DNA of 64,000 nt from Blastocystis sp. ATCC 50177/Nand II. Taxonomy: Eukaryota. Positions 27,541 through 39,851 of the stretch are shown here, piece by piece. The stretch spans positions 558,001 through 622,000 of the forward strand of contig JBBPEE010000035.1 in the NCBI GenBank assembly GCA_039096935.1, in the 5' to 3' direction. The notes beneath the pieces are model-generated. The model had not been told where the DNA came from. It did no database searches and saw only the letters and a list, made by a program, of their open reading frames with translations. How positions within the stretch are numbered: position 1 is the first letter of the stretch; every line of letters begins with the position of its first letter. Position numbers and translations under genes: made by a program.

Positions 27541-29204
27541 CTACATCTTTGAGTATGGGGGGAGTGTACAGATAACGGGGTCCGCGGAGTTGTCGTTCCG
27601 CTTCTTCATCACCGCCTTCAGCACAAAGGAGGGCAGCTTCGGAGCGGCAAACGCCTTCCTCAGTCTGGGCATGAAGTGCTTGTCCTCCTCCACCTGCTCC
27701 GCTGAGTTCACCTCCTCCCTCTTTGCGGCTGCGTTCACCTCCTCCTTCTTTGTTGTTGGTAAGGGAGGAGGAGAGCGGCTGCGAATCACACAGTCGGGAA
27801 GTGGAGGTGGAGGCGACGTCGTTCGTCTCGGGAGGGATCCAGTGGGAGGCGGCGACATGGCTCGTCTCGGAAGCGACGAGGCAGGAGGCGGAGGTGGCGA
27901 TCGCGACTTCAATGTGGAGGGTGGAGGCGGCGATCGCGATTTTGCCTGATGGAGTTGTGGCGGCGACTGCGGAGCCATGGCGGGCGAGGAGATGTAGTGC
28001 AGACGGCGGTCGAGCTCGTCGATGCGGGATTGGAGGGAAGTCAGAGAAGCCTCCACCTGCGGCGTCAGCAGCGCGTCCTTGTTCTGCTCCACCAGCCGGT
28101 CGATGCGCTGCTGCAGCGCCTGGTTGTTGCGCCGCAGCTCGGCGATCTCGTCGAAGCGCGGAGCGATCTTCTGGATGCGATTCTGCAGCATCTGCAAGGT
28201 GCCCATCAGGTTGTCGATCTGCTGCTCCTGCTTCACGGCCGCAGCGGCCTGGGCGATGCGCAGCTGCTCAAGAAGGGTTTCGTTGCGCTTCGCAATGTCG
28301 TGCGTCTTGGACATGTACTGCTGCCGCTGCTCCTGGAACTGCTCCTTCTTGTGCTCCTGCTGCTCTAGCAGCCGCACGCGACGAATCAGCTCAGCGATGC
28401 TCTAGGAGTGAAGGAGGGAGAAAGGGGCTGCCAGAAAGGTGACACGGATGATGTTCGTCTCGATGAAGGGCGCTTGGTACAGGAACTCCGAATCATCGTC
28501 AGAAACGACATCATCGCCCATTTCCAGCACGAGCAGGTTGGGATCCTCCTTGCACAGGGTCTACGTCGTCAAGAAGCCAGTATGAAGGTACGGCAATGTC
28601 CCCCCGCAGCGATCCGACAGTGCTGTTGTACTCCTTCGTGATGGTGTGCACGGAGTCCTCGAAGAGGTGGACGTGGAAGCGAAGCGTGGGATAGGTGAAG
28701 TACATGGTTTGGTTCTCCACGTCGGGGATACTCGACACCATCGCGTCGTTCTTCACGACTTCCTTGTTCACGACAGCAATCACCTTGTCGCAGTCGATCT
28801 TCTTCTCGGATTTCTACCCATCAAGCAGGGGCTGCACCAAAACAGAATAGAGGAGGTTCTTCAGTCCCGTAATGGTCGCCGTCGGCTTCACATCCACTTT
28901 TACGGTCTCCTTCCCGTAGCACATTGAGATGGACAGCAGATGCTGCGCCGGCGAGAGGCCGAGGGTCTCCCCGGACTGGATCCCGCAGTTCAGCACGCAC
29001 TCCATGTTGGTGAGCTCGATGTCCTTGAAAACGAGTCGCTGCTCGCTGGGCTCGATGCCAAACGATCTCTAGGAAGGATCAAAGCGAAGCGGGACGGTCT
29101 ACCATGATCTGCACCTTGATCATCATCACCGTCGTTGATCGCAGCACGTCGTACTCCAGTTGCACGTGGGAATAGTTCCCACTCCCTACGATACGGATCC
29201 GCAT
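27541..29204 (-). CDS. Protein with tandem ubiquitin-like domains, a coiled coil and a proline-rich repeat tail
   Basis: Ubl-like segments (TTVMMIKVQI..SFGIEPSEQRLVFK; VDVKPTATITGLKNLLY), a Q/E-rich coiled coil and about five SPPP repeat units. Confidence 0.55.
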
Positions 29205-29253
29205 GGCAGCGAGAGAAAAAGTGAGTGGAACAAACAGAGGAAAAAGGCTACGT

Positions 29254-29893
29254 CTACAGATGGCGCTTCCAGATGTTGTGGTTGAGGAGGTTGAAAGAAG
29301 GCGCGAAGACAAGGGACACGATAGCCATCAGCTTCATGAGAATGTTGAGGGAAGGACCCGAGGTATCCTTGAGAGGATCACCGACCGTGTCGCCGACGAC
29401 ACCGGCCTTGTGGGCGCTCGATCCCTTGCCACCGAAGTTGCCCTTCTCAATGTACTTCTTGGCGTTATCCCAGGCACCACCCGTGTTGGAGGCGGAGATG
29501 GCCATCTGCACACCGGAGACCAGACCACCGGCGAGCACGCCCGTCAGGGCCTCGGGACCCACGAAGAAACCGACGATGATGGGCGTCAGCATCACCAGCA
29601 CGCCGGGCTTGATCATCTCGTACAGAGAGGCCTTGGTGGAGATGGCGACGCAGCGCTTGTAGTCGGGCTCCTCGGTGTTGGCCATGATGCCGGGGTGCTC
29701 TCTGAACTGCAGACGCACCTCCTCGACCATGGAGGACGCGGCCTTGCCCACGGACTTCATCGTCATGGCGGAGAACCAGTAGGGCAGCATGGCGCCGACC
29801 ACCAGACCGGCGAACGTGATGGGCTCCAGCAGGTCCACGCCGCTGATGTGGCTGCGGGTCACGAAGGCGCCGAACAGGGCGAGCGACACGAGG

Positions 29894-29940
<47 letters not shown>

Positions 29941-31631
29941 ACCGGCGGCGTCCAGAGCGTCGGTCTTCACACGCACGGCGGCGGAGAGACCCGTCATCTC
30001 AGCAATACCTCCGGCGTTATCGGTGATGGGGCCGTAGGCGTCGATGGTCAGGGAGGTGGACAGCGTGGACAGCATGCCCAGCGCGGCGAGCGCCACACCG
30101 TACATGTTGGCGAAGTAGAAGCTGACGAAGATGGTGGTGGCCAGCGCGAAGATGGGCACGACCACGGACTTGTAGCCGAGCGCCAGACCGAAGATGATGT
30201 TGGTGGCGGCGCCCGTCTCGCAGGACTTGGACACCTCCTTCACGGGCTTGTAGTTGTAGGAGGTCATGTAGTCGGTGATCTTGCCGATCAGCAGACCGGA
30301 CCAGAGACCGCAGGCCACGCAGATGAAGCCCAGCCACTTGGAGGAGGTCATTCTGCACCAGGTGCCGTCCTTGGCGACCTCGCTGATCATGACGCAGAAC
30401 TTCTCGGGGAGGAAGAACTCGGTGATGATGGCGATGGCGATGGTCGACATGATGGTCGACACGTACAGCTGGATCGACAGGTTGCGCTCCACGTGGCGCT
30501 CCTCCATCACCTGCAGTCCGGGGATGGAGGTGGCGAAGAAGGAGGTCAGGAAGGAGGACACGATACCGCCGGCAGACACCAGCAGAGGGAACATCATGTA
30601 GCCCCACTCCGAGTTCAGTTCCTTGGACACGGAGGCGACCACCAGAGCGGCGCAGGAAGACTCGGCGAAGGAGCCGAACAGATCGGCGCCCATACCGGCC
30701 ACATCACCGACATTATCACCGACGTTATCGGCAATGACGGCAGGGTTGCGAGGATCATCCTCAGGAATGCCGGCCTCCACCTTGCCGACCAGATCCGCGC
30801 CGACATCGGCAGCCTTGGTGTAGATACCGCCGCCCACTCTGCCGAACAGAGCGATGGAGGAACCGCCCAGACCGTAGCCGGTGATGCACTCGAACAGGAT
30901 CTCGGAGGTGTGGGTGTTGTCCTTGTCCCAGGGCATGAAGAAGCGGAAGACGTAGATGGAAGCGTACAGGATAAGGAGACCGAAGGAGGTCAGGCAGAAG
31001 CCCATGACGCTACCCGCGCGGAAGGCGGTGTTGAAACCGTCCGTCCAGGAGACCTGGCACATGGTGGCGGTACGGGCGTTGGAGTACACGGCAATGGTCA
31101 TACCGATGTAGCCGCAGAGGATGGAGGTGAGGCCACCGACCACGAAGGCAATGCTGGTAAGAAGACCGTTGGAAATGCAGGAGCCGGGATCCTTGATGAT
31201 CCACTCGCAGCCGTCCAGAGGCGTATCCTTGCTGCAATTCGTGCCGTTGAAGACGGGCTCGGGGATGCCGCAGGTCTTGGGCAGGCCAATGAAGCAGAAG
31301 ATCACGATACCGAAGATGACAATGAAGACGAACAGGATCTTGTACTCAGCCCACAGGAAGGCCTTGGCACCGTCGGAAATGTATCCCTGGATCTTGTTCA
31401 GGCGCTCCGTGATGGCCTCGTCGTAGGTGGCAGAACCACCCTCCGCCTCGACCAGACCCTCCTTGCTATCGCCAGACTCGGGAATGTGCTTCACCCTACG
31501 CATCACGTGGACGCCAGAGCCCTCTACACAACCTTGGCAACCTTGCATCTCTGAATGAGCGCGAAAATGAGACCGAGAAGTCCACTGCAGACAATCACGA
31601 TCGAAGCCCAGAGTTCACTCTTATCGAACAT
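29254..31631 (-). CDS. Membrane H+-translocating inorganic pyrophosphatase (V-PPase), K+-dependent type
   Basis: [60 protein letters not shown] has Ala at the K+-dependence position; one short intron near the 5' end. Confidence 0.95.
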
Positions 31632-32039
31632 AGCTGATCTCCAGAATAATCTGTTTCTGGTTAAGTGGAAGGCGAGAGAACCGTGGTTGGGGAAACGGGG
31701 TAAATGCCGAAGCGGCGGATTGGCGAACCAATGTTCGTGCGTTTCCAATCAAACTTGAGACCACCTCTTTCACGCGAGTATGCAATGTGTCATCCAGTTC
31801 CTCTTTCGATTAGAAGGGGATCCAGCCTGTTCATTCCACTCTTCCCATGGATTCGCTCCTTTCTTTGTCCACCCACTGCAAATGATCGATAGAGTCATTG
31901 GAAAGAGGATTATTAGTTTGGTTTTCTCGATTCACTGTTACGACAGTTTCTGTAGAAATAGGCGTTGCATTTGCAATACCCATCGTTTGACTCCCTTTCG
32001 TCTCGGAAATCGGCACAAAAGAGGATCGATCTCCACGCG

Positions 32040-32785
32040 ATGTCCACGGAGGCGGATGAATCGAGCGTATTCGTGCTGTGGAGTGGATGAAGCATAGCTT
32101 CTGGCCGTGATTCAGCACTACCAGCCCCAACTGAAAAACAGTCTCCGATCCGTTGCAAAGAGCTTGAAGAGCTACTACCAGTGCACCTCTGCGACAGTGC
32201 AGCTCTTGGTCGCCTATTCCAATTCCATTGCCCAACTCGCGTAGCCATTCATTGTTGTGTATGACTCTAGGTATGCAAACACAGATAACTGGGGAAACTT
32301 GGCTCCCTTTTTGCAGGTTCGTGAAATCGTCACTGAAGGCGTTATTCTCCCTTCTCTGTTGTGAAACCTAGATCGAACGCGATGTCATTGAAAAGGAAGA
32401 TATGTGTCAGCAGCAGCTGTCCCAATTGGTGTTTGATGCCCATCTCTCTCATCCGTAGAAGGGTGAAATTACTGCAATGGAAGTGCAGCTGGAAACACTA
32501 AGGTATATACAAAACGAAATGAGAAGGGAGGTGGGAGATGTGGAGAGCAGGCTCCTCGTCTTCAACAGCGTGTCCACGATGGACAGCATCCTTCTTGCGG
32601 TGGAGGATGTGATTCGCTCTCTGCGGGAGGACCACTCCATGCGCTGCCAGATTGTGGAGGCGATGAAAACGGCTTCGACGGAGCAGATCGGCGTGTACCT
32701 CTCGGCGTGGAAGTACAGTCCCTGCATCAAGCAGTCGGCAGTGGACCGTTTTGAAGCCATCGTTACAAATGAACTGGAAACATGA
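32040..32785 (+). CDS. Hypothetical helical protein, 4 introns
   Basis: ATG at 32040; GT..TAG short introns join into ORF 32477-32785; TATTTGTT follows the TGA. Confidence 0.55.
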
Positions 32786-32934
32786 TGTATTTGTTAATGA
32801 ACGAACTGGAAATGAGACGTGTTTGATCACAAATGAACTGGAAACATGACATACTTGCTCACAAACGAAGTGGAAACACTACGTGTTTGATAATAAAAAG
32901 ATCACAACTCCACACTGACTTGATTCCCAGCATC

Positions 32935-33811
32935 TTAAGGCTCCACACGACCGCGGATACGACCCGTGCGGCGAGCAGCGATGAGACCCACCTTCTTACC
33001 GGGGCAAGTGCCTCTGCCGCGCGTAGAGGGCTTACCAATGTGCTGGTGGTTACCACCACCGTGGGGATGGTCCACAGGGTTCATGCACACGCCACGCACC
33101 TTCGGCCACTCGTTGCGCTTCACGTGGTACTTGTGGTACGCACGGCCCGCCTTCAGCATCGGCTTGTCCATGCGGCCTCCACCGGCGATGATGCCCACCA
33201 TGGCGCGGCACGAGGACTGCACCGTCTTCTTGATGCCGGAGGGCAGGCGGATGAACGTCATGCTGTGGTCATCGGAGTGACCGATCACAGTGGCGTAATC
33301 GCCCGAGCAGCGAGCCAGGGAGCCGCGGTCGCCCACCTTCTGCTCCACGTTGCAGATCACGGTACCTTCGGGCATCTCGCGCAGGGGAATCACGTTGCCC
33401 ACGCTGATCTCGGCCTTCTTGCCGCAATACACGCTCTGACCAGTGTACATGCCCTCGGCAGCGAGGAACAGCTCCTTGTCCACCTGGTAGTGGTACCTAC
33501 ATGCATAAGGGTGCTTGGAAGGGGAATTACGGGTTTCTGAAGGAGACGCGAGCGAGAGGAGCGCCACGACCGGAATCGTGCACAATCTCTCTCACCACGC
33601 CCTTAATGTATCCCTCGCGCTCGGAGTAGTCCAGAGCACGGAACTGGGGAACACCCTTGCGAAGATGGGTGTGGGCCTGGAACACAGCGCCCTTAGCACC
33701 CTTTCTCTGACCTACACGCGCGGTGAGAACCGTTCATGCCAACGACAACAGCAAATCGCTCCTCCTTGCTTCCACGGCATCCACAAACGTACCTCTAATA
33801 ACACGACCCAT
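32935..33811 (-). CDS. RPL8: 60S ribosomal protein L8 (uL2)
   Basis: MGRVIRGQRKG start, [48 protein letters not shown]; introns of 81 nt and about 34 nt. Confidence 0.97.
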
Positions 33812-33989
33812 GAATGAATCTGCTAGTGTGGGGAAACTGAAAAGCCAACAACCACAAAGGCAAGGGAACAATCGGGACGGGTTGGGAGAAAACTGTCCCG
33901 AATCAGAAAACGCTCCTCCTTTCCGTAATGGCGCCTTGTCGCGCGAATTGGATTATGGAAACGCATGCGGTACGAACAAACACATCGCA

Positions 33990-34934
33990 TTAGTGGTAGG
34001 CCATCAAGTCCTTCGGGATGGAGTTGAGTCGCGGGAAGGAACGCGTCCGCTTGACTTCCGTCGCGGTTCCCTCCAGCGAGCGCACTTCCCACACGTACTG
34101 GCAGTACTTTGCGATGCTACGAATTGAGCATATAGAAGAGACGTACGCAGTGTCGGAGCTGAACTTGCCCATGCCCGCGACCGTTTCGATGCTTCGGCGC
34201 GTCCATTCCGTCTGGTCCCTCCACAACTCCTGCATTTCCTCCTGCGCGCGAACGTAATCGTCAAAGTCGGCGCACACGCGGAAGTAGTCCCCGCTTTGGA
34301 GCGGGTGGATGATGAACTTGGCTTCTTCGGGAGAGATGATGTTGCCCTCCAGCAGCACTCGGAACACCTCCTGCAGGGCCGCCGGAATGGGCTTCGGCGC
34401 GATTCCCTCCTGCTGCTCTTCGTACGAGGGTCCGAAGGCGAATCTGCGTTCTACGCCCCATGCGACGCCTACACATTCTGCAGCCCGACCTCGTTTGCGA
34501 TCTCGATGCTGCTGCCGTCCATGGTGCACAGCAGGAGGGCTCCATTCAGCGAGAACTTCATGTTGCTACGCCTAATATCCCTATCGTGCTTCCACCTCGT
34601 ACCGCTGGCCTCCTTCCCCACGGTGCTGATGTGCTCGCTGACGTCGCTGGCGGGGATGATCAGCTCCGCCATGGACACGTTGTAGTTGGGAACGAACACC
34701 ACCTTCAGCTTGTTCTGAATGGACGCGTCGCCGTTGATCACCTCGCCCGCCTTCACGATCAGGTGGATGATGGCCTTGGCCATGCTGTACGCCGGCGCCG
34801 CCTTGCCCGCGAAGATCTTCACCACCTCCACCTGCCGCTCCAGCTCCGCGCGGCCCATGCGCTTCAGCTGCAGGTAGCGGTGGATGCAGCTACCCATCAC
34901 GCCATCATCGCACGCCGACTAGAGGATGTTCAAC

Positions 34935-34970
<36 letters not shown>

Positions 34971-36926
34971 GCGTCGAACACCGCCGTGCAGGGCACCGCC
35001 ACGCCCAGCTGCGTCTCCATGTACCGCGCGAGCCGCCGCTTGTTCTGCAGCTTGCTCTCGCGCCAGCGCTGCTGGAAGCCGGGGTCCTCGGCGAACTCGC
35101 GGATGGCGGCGATGAGCTCCAGGTTGCAGAGGAAGTCCTCGTCGATCGTCTCGCGCAGCAGCTGCGTCAGCGAGGGGTTGCACAGCGCTAGCCACCTACC
35201 GCTCAGCACCGCTCAGCGCCCTCACCGCCGCGGCGTGATGCCGTTGGTGATGTTGACGAACTTCTCGGGGAAGAGGCGGTGGAAGTCGCGGAAGACGCTC
35301 GTCGTCAGGATCGCCGTGTGCAGCTCCGCCACGCCGTTCACGCGGTGGCAGAAGGCCACGCACAGGTTCGCCATCCGGATGCGCTTCGGCGAGGTCTCCT
35401 CGAAGACGCTCAGCACGCTGCACATGCGCCCGTCGCCCGGGTAGTGCTTCTGCACCTCCTTCATCAGCCGGTCGTTCAGCGCGTAGATGATCTGCAGGTG
35501 CCGCGGCAGTAGCCGCCCGAACAGCTCCACGTCCCACGTCTCCAGCGCCTCGGGCAGTACCGTGTGGTTGGTGTAGTTCATGCAGCGCGAGGTGATCTCG
35601 ATCGCGTCCGCCAGCGTCAGGTGCTCGCGGTCCACCAGCAGCCGGATCAGCTCCGGAATGGCCACCGCGGGGTGCGTGTCGTTCAGTTGGAACGTGTGCT
35701 TCGCCTCACTCCTCGCCGCTCCGCCTACATACTCGGGGAACTGCTCCCAGGGCAGGCACTGCTCCTTGAAGTCGGCGAGCACGTCCTGGATGGTGGCGGA
35801 GACGAAGAAGTACTGCTGCTTGAGGCGCAGCTCCTTCCCGTTGTAGGTGCTGTCGTTCGGGTAGAGGATGCTGCTGATGCTGATCGCGTTCTCGCGGTTG
35901 TTCAGCGCCGAGATGTAGTCGCCCTCGTTGAAGGAGGACAGGTTGAACTCCTACGCCTCACCCTCGCTGCTCGCGCGCACGGAGAAGGGGTTCGCCTTCC
36001 ACAGCCGCAGGTTGATCGTCGTGTTCGTGTTGTAGCCGTTGATCGGCGTGTCGAACGCCACGGCCACCACCTTCTGCGTGTCGCACCACTCCATCTACGC
36101 TCACACACGCGTTTCACTCCCACGACGGTGTTCCCATAGGCGTCCTTGCTCTCGTTGACGTGCCCGTAGAACTGGATCTCGTAGCGCACGTCCTCCCGCT
36201 CGATCTCCCAGGGAGAGCCGAAGGTGAGCCAGTACTCCGGGTGCTCCACCTGGTAGCCCTCCTTGCTGATCTCCTGCTGGAAGATGCCGTAGTTGTAGCG
36301 GATGCCGTAGCCCGTTGCGGGGATGTTCTGCGTGGCGAGTGAATCCAGGTAGCACGCCGCGAGTCTCCCCAGTCCGCCGTTGCCCAGGGCAGCGTCCTTC
36401 TCCTACCCCTCACCCCACTTTTCATCCATCACTTCTCCGAAGATGTCCTCCATGGCATACCCGAGATCGAGCAGCGCCTCCTGGTACCTGCCCTCGATTC
36501 CCAGATTGATCAGCGAGTTCTGCAGCGATCTCCCCATCAGGAACTCCAACGATAGATAGTGACTACGGGTCGTAGAGAGGAGAGTCGGCTACACTCGCTT
36601 GCACCGGCAGTCCTCGATCGCCACGTTCGTGTCGTTGAAGCGCTCGATGAGTCTGTCGCGAACACTGCTGTTCACTCTTTCCAGCTACGCAAACCTGTGG
36701 CTGGTCGCGAGATAGGCTTTTGTGTCGTCAAAATCAAAGCGCGTCGATGCGAGCGTATACTCCACGTGGTTGACAATGCTTCGCTCGATCGTGTCGATGT
36801 CTACCCAAATCACCGGATTCCATGACTCCCACCTTGTCCGAGATAGGAGGACATCAGGTCGTACAGGAGCTTGTGCGTTTTCTCGAACTCCTCCCCCTTC
36901 TGCTGTTTGCTCGTGCACTGCTGCAT
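33990..36926 (-). CDS. Glycogen/alpha-glucan phosphorylase
   Basis: [60 protein letters not shown] and the PLP-site EASGT/SNMKF; many short introns. Confidence 0.95.
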
Positions 36927-36958
36927 TTGGAGAGTTTGCTGTTGCCTCGGCTTCGCCC

Positions 36959-37115
36959 TTGACAAGATGTCAGTTGTCAAGCTGTGTCAAGCAGTGTCAA
37001 AGAGAGGAGAAAATAGTAGTGGTTGTCAAGCAAAGAGCAGCAGACATAAGTGGTTGTCAAACAGAGGAACAAATAGTGGCAGTTGTCAAACAAAGAAAGC
37101 AGCAAATATAAGTAA
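36959..37115. repeat. Degenerate tandem repeat with about 8 copies of TGTCA/TGACA
   Basis: Two ~60-nt units (tgtcaa.agagga..aaatagt...gttgtcaa.caaag..gcagca.a.ataagt) plus shorter tgtca copies. Confidence 0.7.
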
Positions 37116-37121
37116 CAGAGG

Positions 37122-39007
37122 ACATGGAAGACACAACGCCATCAATGCGTTTGCTGTCGACGCCGGAGGGCTTCAACTCCACGCACTGCTCCACGAACTC
37201 CAAAAAGAACCCCTTCATCTTGTTGTCCGTCGTCGACTTGAGGGATGGCACGAGCAACTGCACGAGGTCCAGCAGATCGTCCACCACAGCCTTCGGGTAG
37301 GGCATGGCGATCGTCTGGATGACGTTGTACACGAAGTCCAGCACCACCGCAGTGGTCAGCGCCGCCTGCTTCGCCTTGTAGGTCTTCACCACGTACGCCA
37401 GATACCTACTCCTCACTCTCGCACTGCAGTGTCACCCGTCTTTCACCATCTGCATCACGAACAGCGAGGACTCGCGGCTGATCGTCTCGATCGCTCCGTA
37501 CACCTCCTGCTACGCCTCACTCCCCTCCCGTGATCTCACGTCGTATACCAGACAGGGCAGCACCATCATGATCTCCAGCACGCGCTCGCGGTACGCCTCG
37601 TTCGTCCCCAGCGTCTTCAGCAGCTCCACCAGGAACAGCACCGTTTCCTTCGAGAACTGCGTGATGTTCTTCTCCTTCAGCGACTACCGCTCATCGCCCC
37701 CACACACCCCCACATCGCGAATCCACGCCACGCAGTACTCCCGATAGAACCACCCGAACGGCGCCTCAGAGCCCTCCGGCCCGCACATGCGCAGCAGCAC
37801 CGCCCGCACCTCCTCGCTGCGGAACCGCACGCAGTCGCGCGTGGTGCACACCTGCAGCACCCCCAGCAGGCGCCTCTCCTCCTCCTGCGCCGCGGCGGAC
37901 TTGGTCTCGCCCATCAGCAGCCACACGAGCAGACGCGTGGTGATCTGCAGGAAGCGACCGCCCGTGAACTGCATGGAGGCGAGGTGGGAGAAGAGAAAGG
38001 AGCACAGCAGTCCGCAGAGCGGCGAGTCGCGGAAGGCGCGCTGCGCGTCGGGCGCGAGGCCGTCGAGCTGGCCGAAGAGCGGGATGGTGTGGGCGAAGTC
38101 GCCATTGAGCAGGCCCTGCAGGTCGGGCAGCAGGGCGTTGAAGGCGGAGGACTGGGCGTATAGACTGAGCAGCAGCTAGGGGTGAAAAGGTGGGGACAGG
38201 CAAACGATGGATGTGGAGTGCGATGTGTAGGCCTGCTTCAGCACGCGCTCTTGCAGGTACTGAAGAACCGAGGCGATGTTCGGATTGGCACATGCAGTCT
38301 GCACGCAGGTAATGTAGTTGAACACGATGCAGTACTCTTCCGGAGAGGCGAACTGCAAGTTGGGAACGAGCGTTTGGATGCGGGAAAGGCAATCCTCGTA
38401 GGATGGGGAGGAGGCGACTTGCTTGAGGATAGTATCGATGTACAGAATCAGCGTCGACAGCGAGCACGCCGTGAAGTCCACGTTTTTCATGTCGCCAAAC
38501 TCTCCAGAGCCATTCACGAGCTGGGAGGAAACGAAGAAATCCAGCAGTCCGTTGTACCCGGAAGAGTGCAGCCGATCGCGCAAATAGCGATCGCGCAGGA
38601 TGAACAGGAAAACGGCCTTCCCCATAGGGCTCGCGCACAGCTGGATGAGCCATTCCGGAGGATTCTTCCTCGACATCACGAATTCATTTGTTTTGGGAGA
38701 AAGGATCGCCTCCGAAAACTAATGTGTCACGCATTGTCATTACGACCACAATTTTGCAGATTTCGTCTTCGATGGTTTTGCTAATGTCGTTGCGAAGCTC
38801 GTCGCCGTTCTGAACTACCCATGAGCGGAAAGCGCGCAGGAACGACTATCGGACGCAACCAGCATGATCATCTTCTTAATGAAAAGGGCCTCCACCGACT
38901 GGTCGCTACGGCTAAGGAAGGAGGCATGCGCTTCCTACTCACGCATCTTCTCCACCGGGAAGTTGCTCCACAGGGCGGTGGACTTTCGGTTCAGCAATCT
39001 GGGCCAT
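37122..39007 (-). CDS. NELF-C/D (TH1)-like protein
   Basis: Spliced model starts MAQIAEPKV; PPEWL.QL and SSGYNG align with TH1 PAWLEQM and SDAGYQG; C-terminal FVYNVIQTIAMPY...EFVEQC aligns with FVTEVLDVIAPPY...EFIAHC (alignment from memory). Confidence 0.55.
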
Positions 39008-39138
39008 CAGAGCAACTGCGCACCATCCTACGGCTGTTGCGGCAGAGCAGACTCCATTCCAGCGGGCGCGTAGCAGCAGCAAAGAATCGGGCTTTGCAGC
39101 AAAAGAGAATGAGACGTGCGGCTCGAAAAAGAAAAAAG

Positions 39139-39211
39139 CGCCGAGAAGGTGGATCGAACACCTGACCTTATGATCTTCAGTCATACGCTCTCCCAACTGA
39201 GCTATCTTGGC
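39139..39211 (-). tRNA. tRNA-Phe (GAA)
   Basis: GCCAAGATAGCTCAGTTGGGAGAGCGTATGACTGAAGATCATAAGGTCAGGTGTTCGATCCACCTTCTCGGCG folds as a cloverleaf with A and B boxes; followed by a T6-C-T5 Pol III terminator. Confidence 0.95.
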
Positions 39212-39303
39212 TTCTGGCTTTCGTTCTCCACTACGCTACATCAGCGCCTGCGATGGAAAAGGAGTTCTGGGTCAATTGATCGCAGCGGCGTCAAAAAGAA
39301 ATA

Positions 39304-39780
39304 ATGCAGTGCGTCCGCCGTCTCGTTCCTTCTGTTGTGAAGTATTCTACTCGCATGTACAACCCTGCCAGATTCTTTGGCGGTGCGCGTCTCGTTCTGC
39401 CATCATGTCGTAGTGGAGATGACCTTCAAGGCCAATGGCGAGGATGTTGAGGTGGAGTGCGATGCCGGTGAGAACCTCTTCGAGGTCGCCGTGGGCAACG
39501 ATGTTGAGGTGAAGAGTGCGATTCACTGCGTTTCCCTCATGGGTAGACAGCTGCAACGGTGGTGGCACCTGCGGTGAGTGCTGGATGGTGTTCCCCAAGG
39601 ATGTCTTTGACAAGCTCCCTAAGGCTGGCGAGACCGAGCAGGGTCTCCTGAAGAAGATGGGCGCCCCCGCTCTGTGAGGATTGCGCGCTGCGCCTGACGC
39701 GTAGGGCTAGACTCTCTTGCCAGGTCAAGACCTGCGAGTGCATGTCCGGCAAGACCATCGAGGTCCCTCTTCCCAAGTAA
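39304..39780 (+). CDS. [2Fe-2S] ferredoxin with N-terminal organellar presequence
   Basis: Three 31-nt introns give MQCVRRLVPSVVKYSTRMYNPARFFGVEMTF...SCNGGGTCGEC...ARLSCQ...IEVPLPK (C-x5-C-x2-C...C). Confidence 0.88.
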
Positions 39781-39851
39781 GGTGTTGAGCGCGTGTTTGT
39801 GCCAAACAGTCTCATCGAAGAGAGGAGAAAACAGTCCGATGAAAAAAACGA

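Noticed and set aside
29203..31554. 783-aa plus-strand ORF opposite the H+-PPase
   Set aside because: In-register antisense shadow of a strongly codon-biased gene.
36959..37115. CRISPR-like reading of the spaced TGTCAA repeats
   Set aside because: Eukaryotic context, a core of only 5-8 nt, mutually similar spacers and no cas genes.
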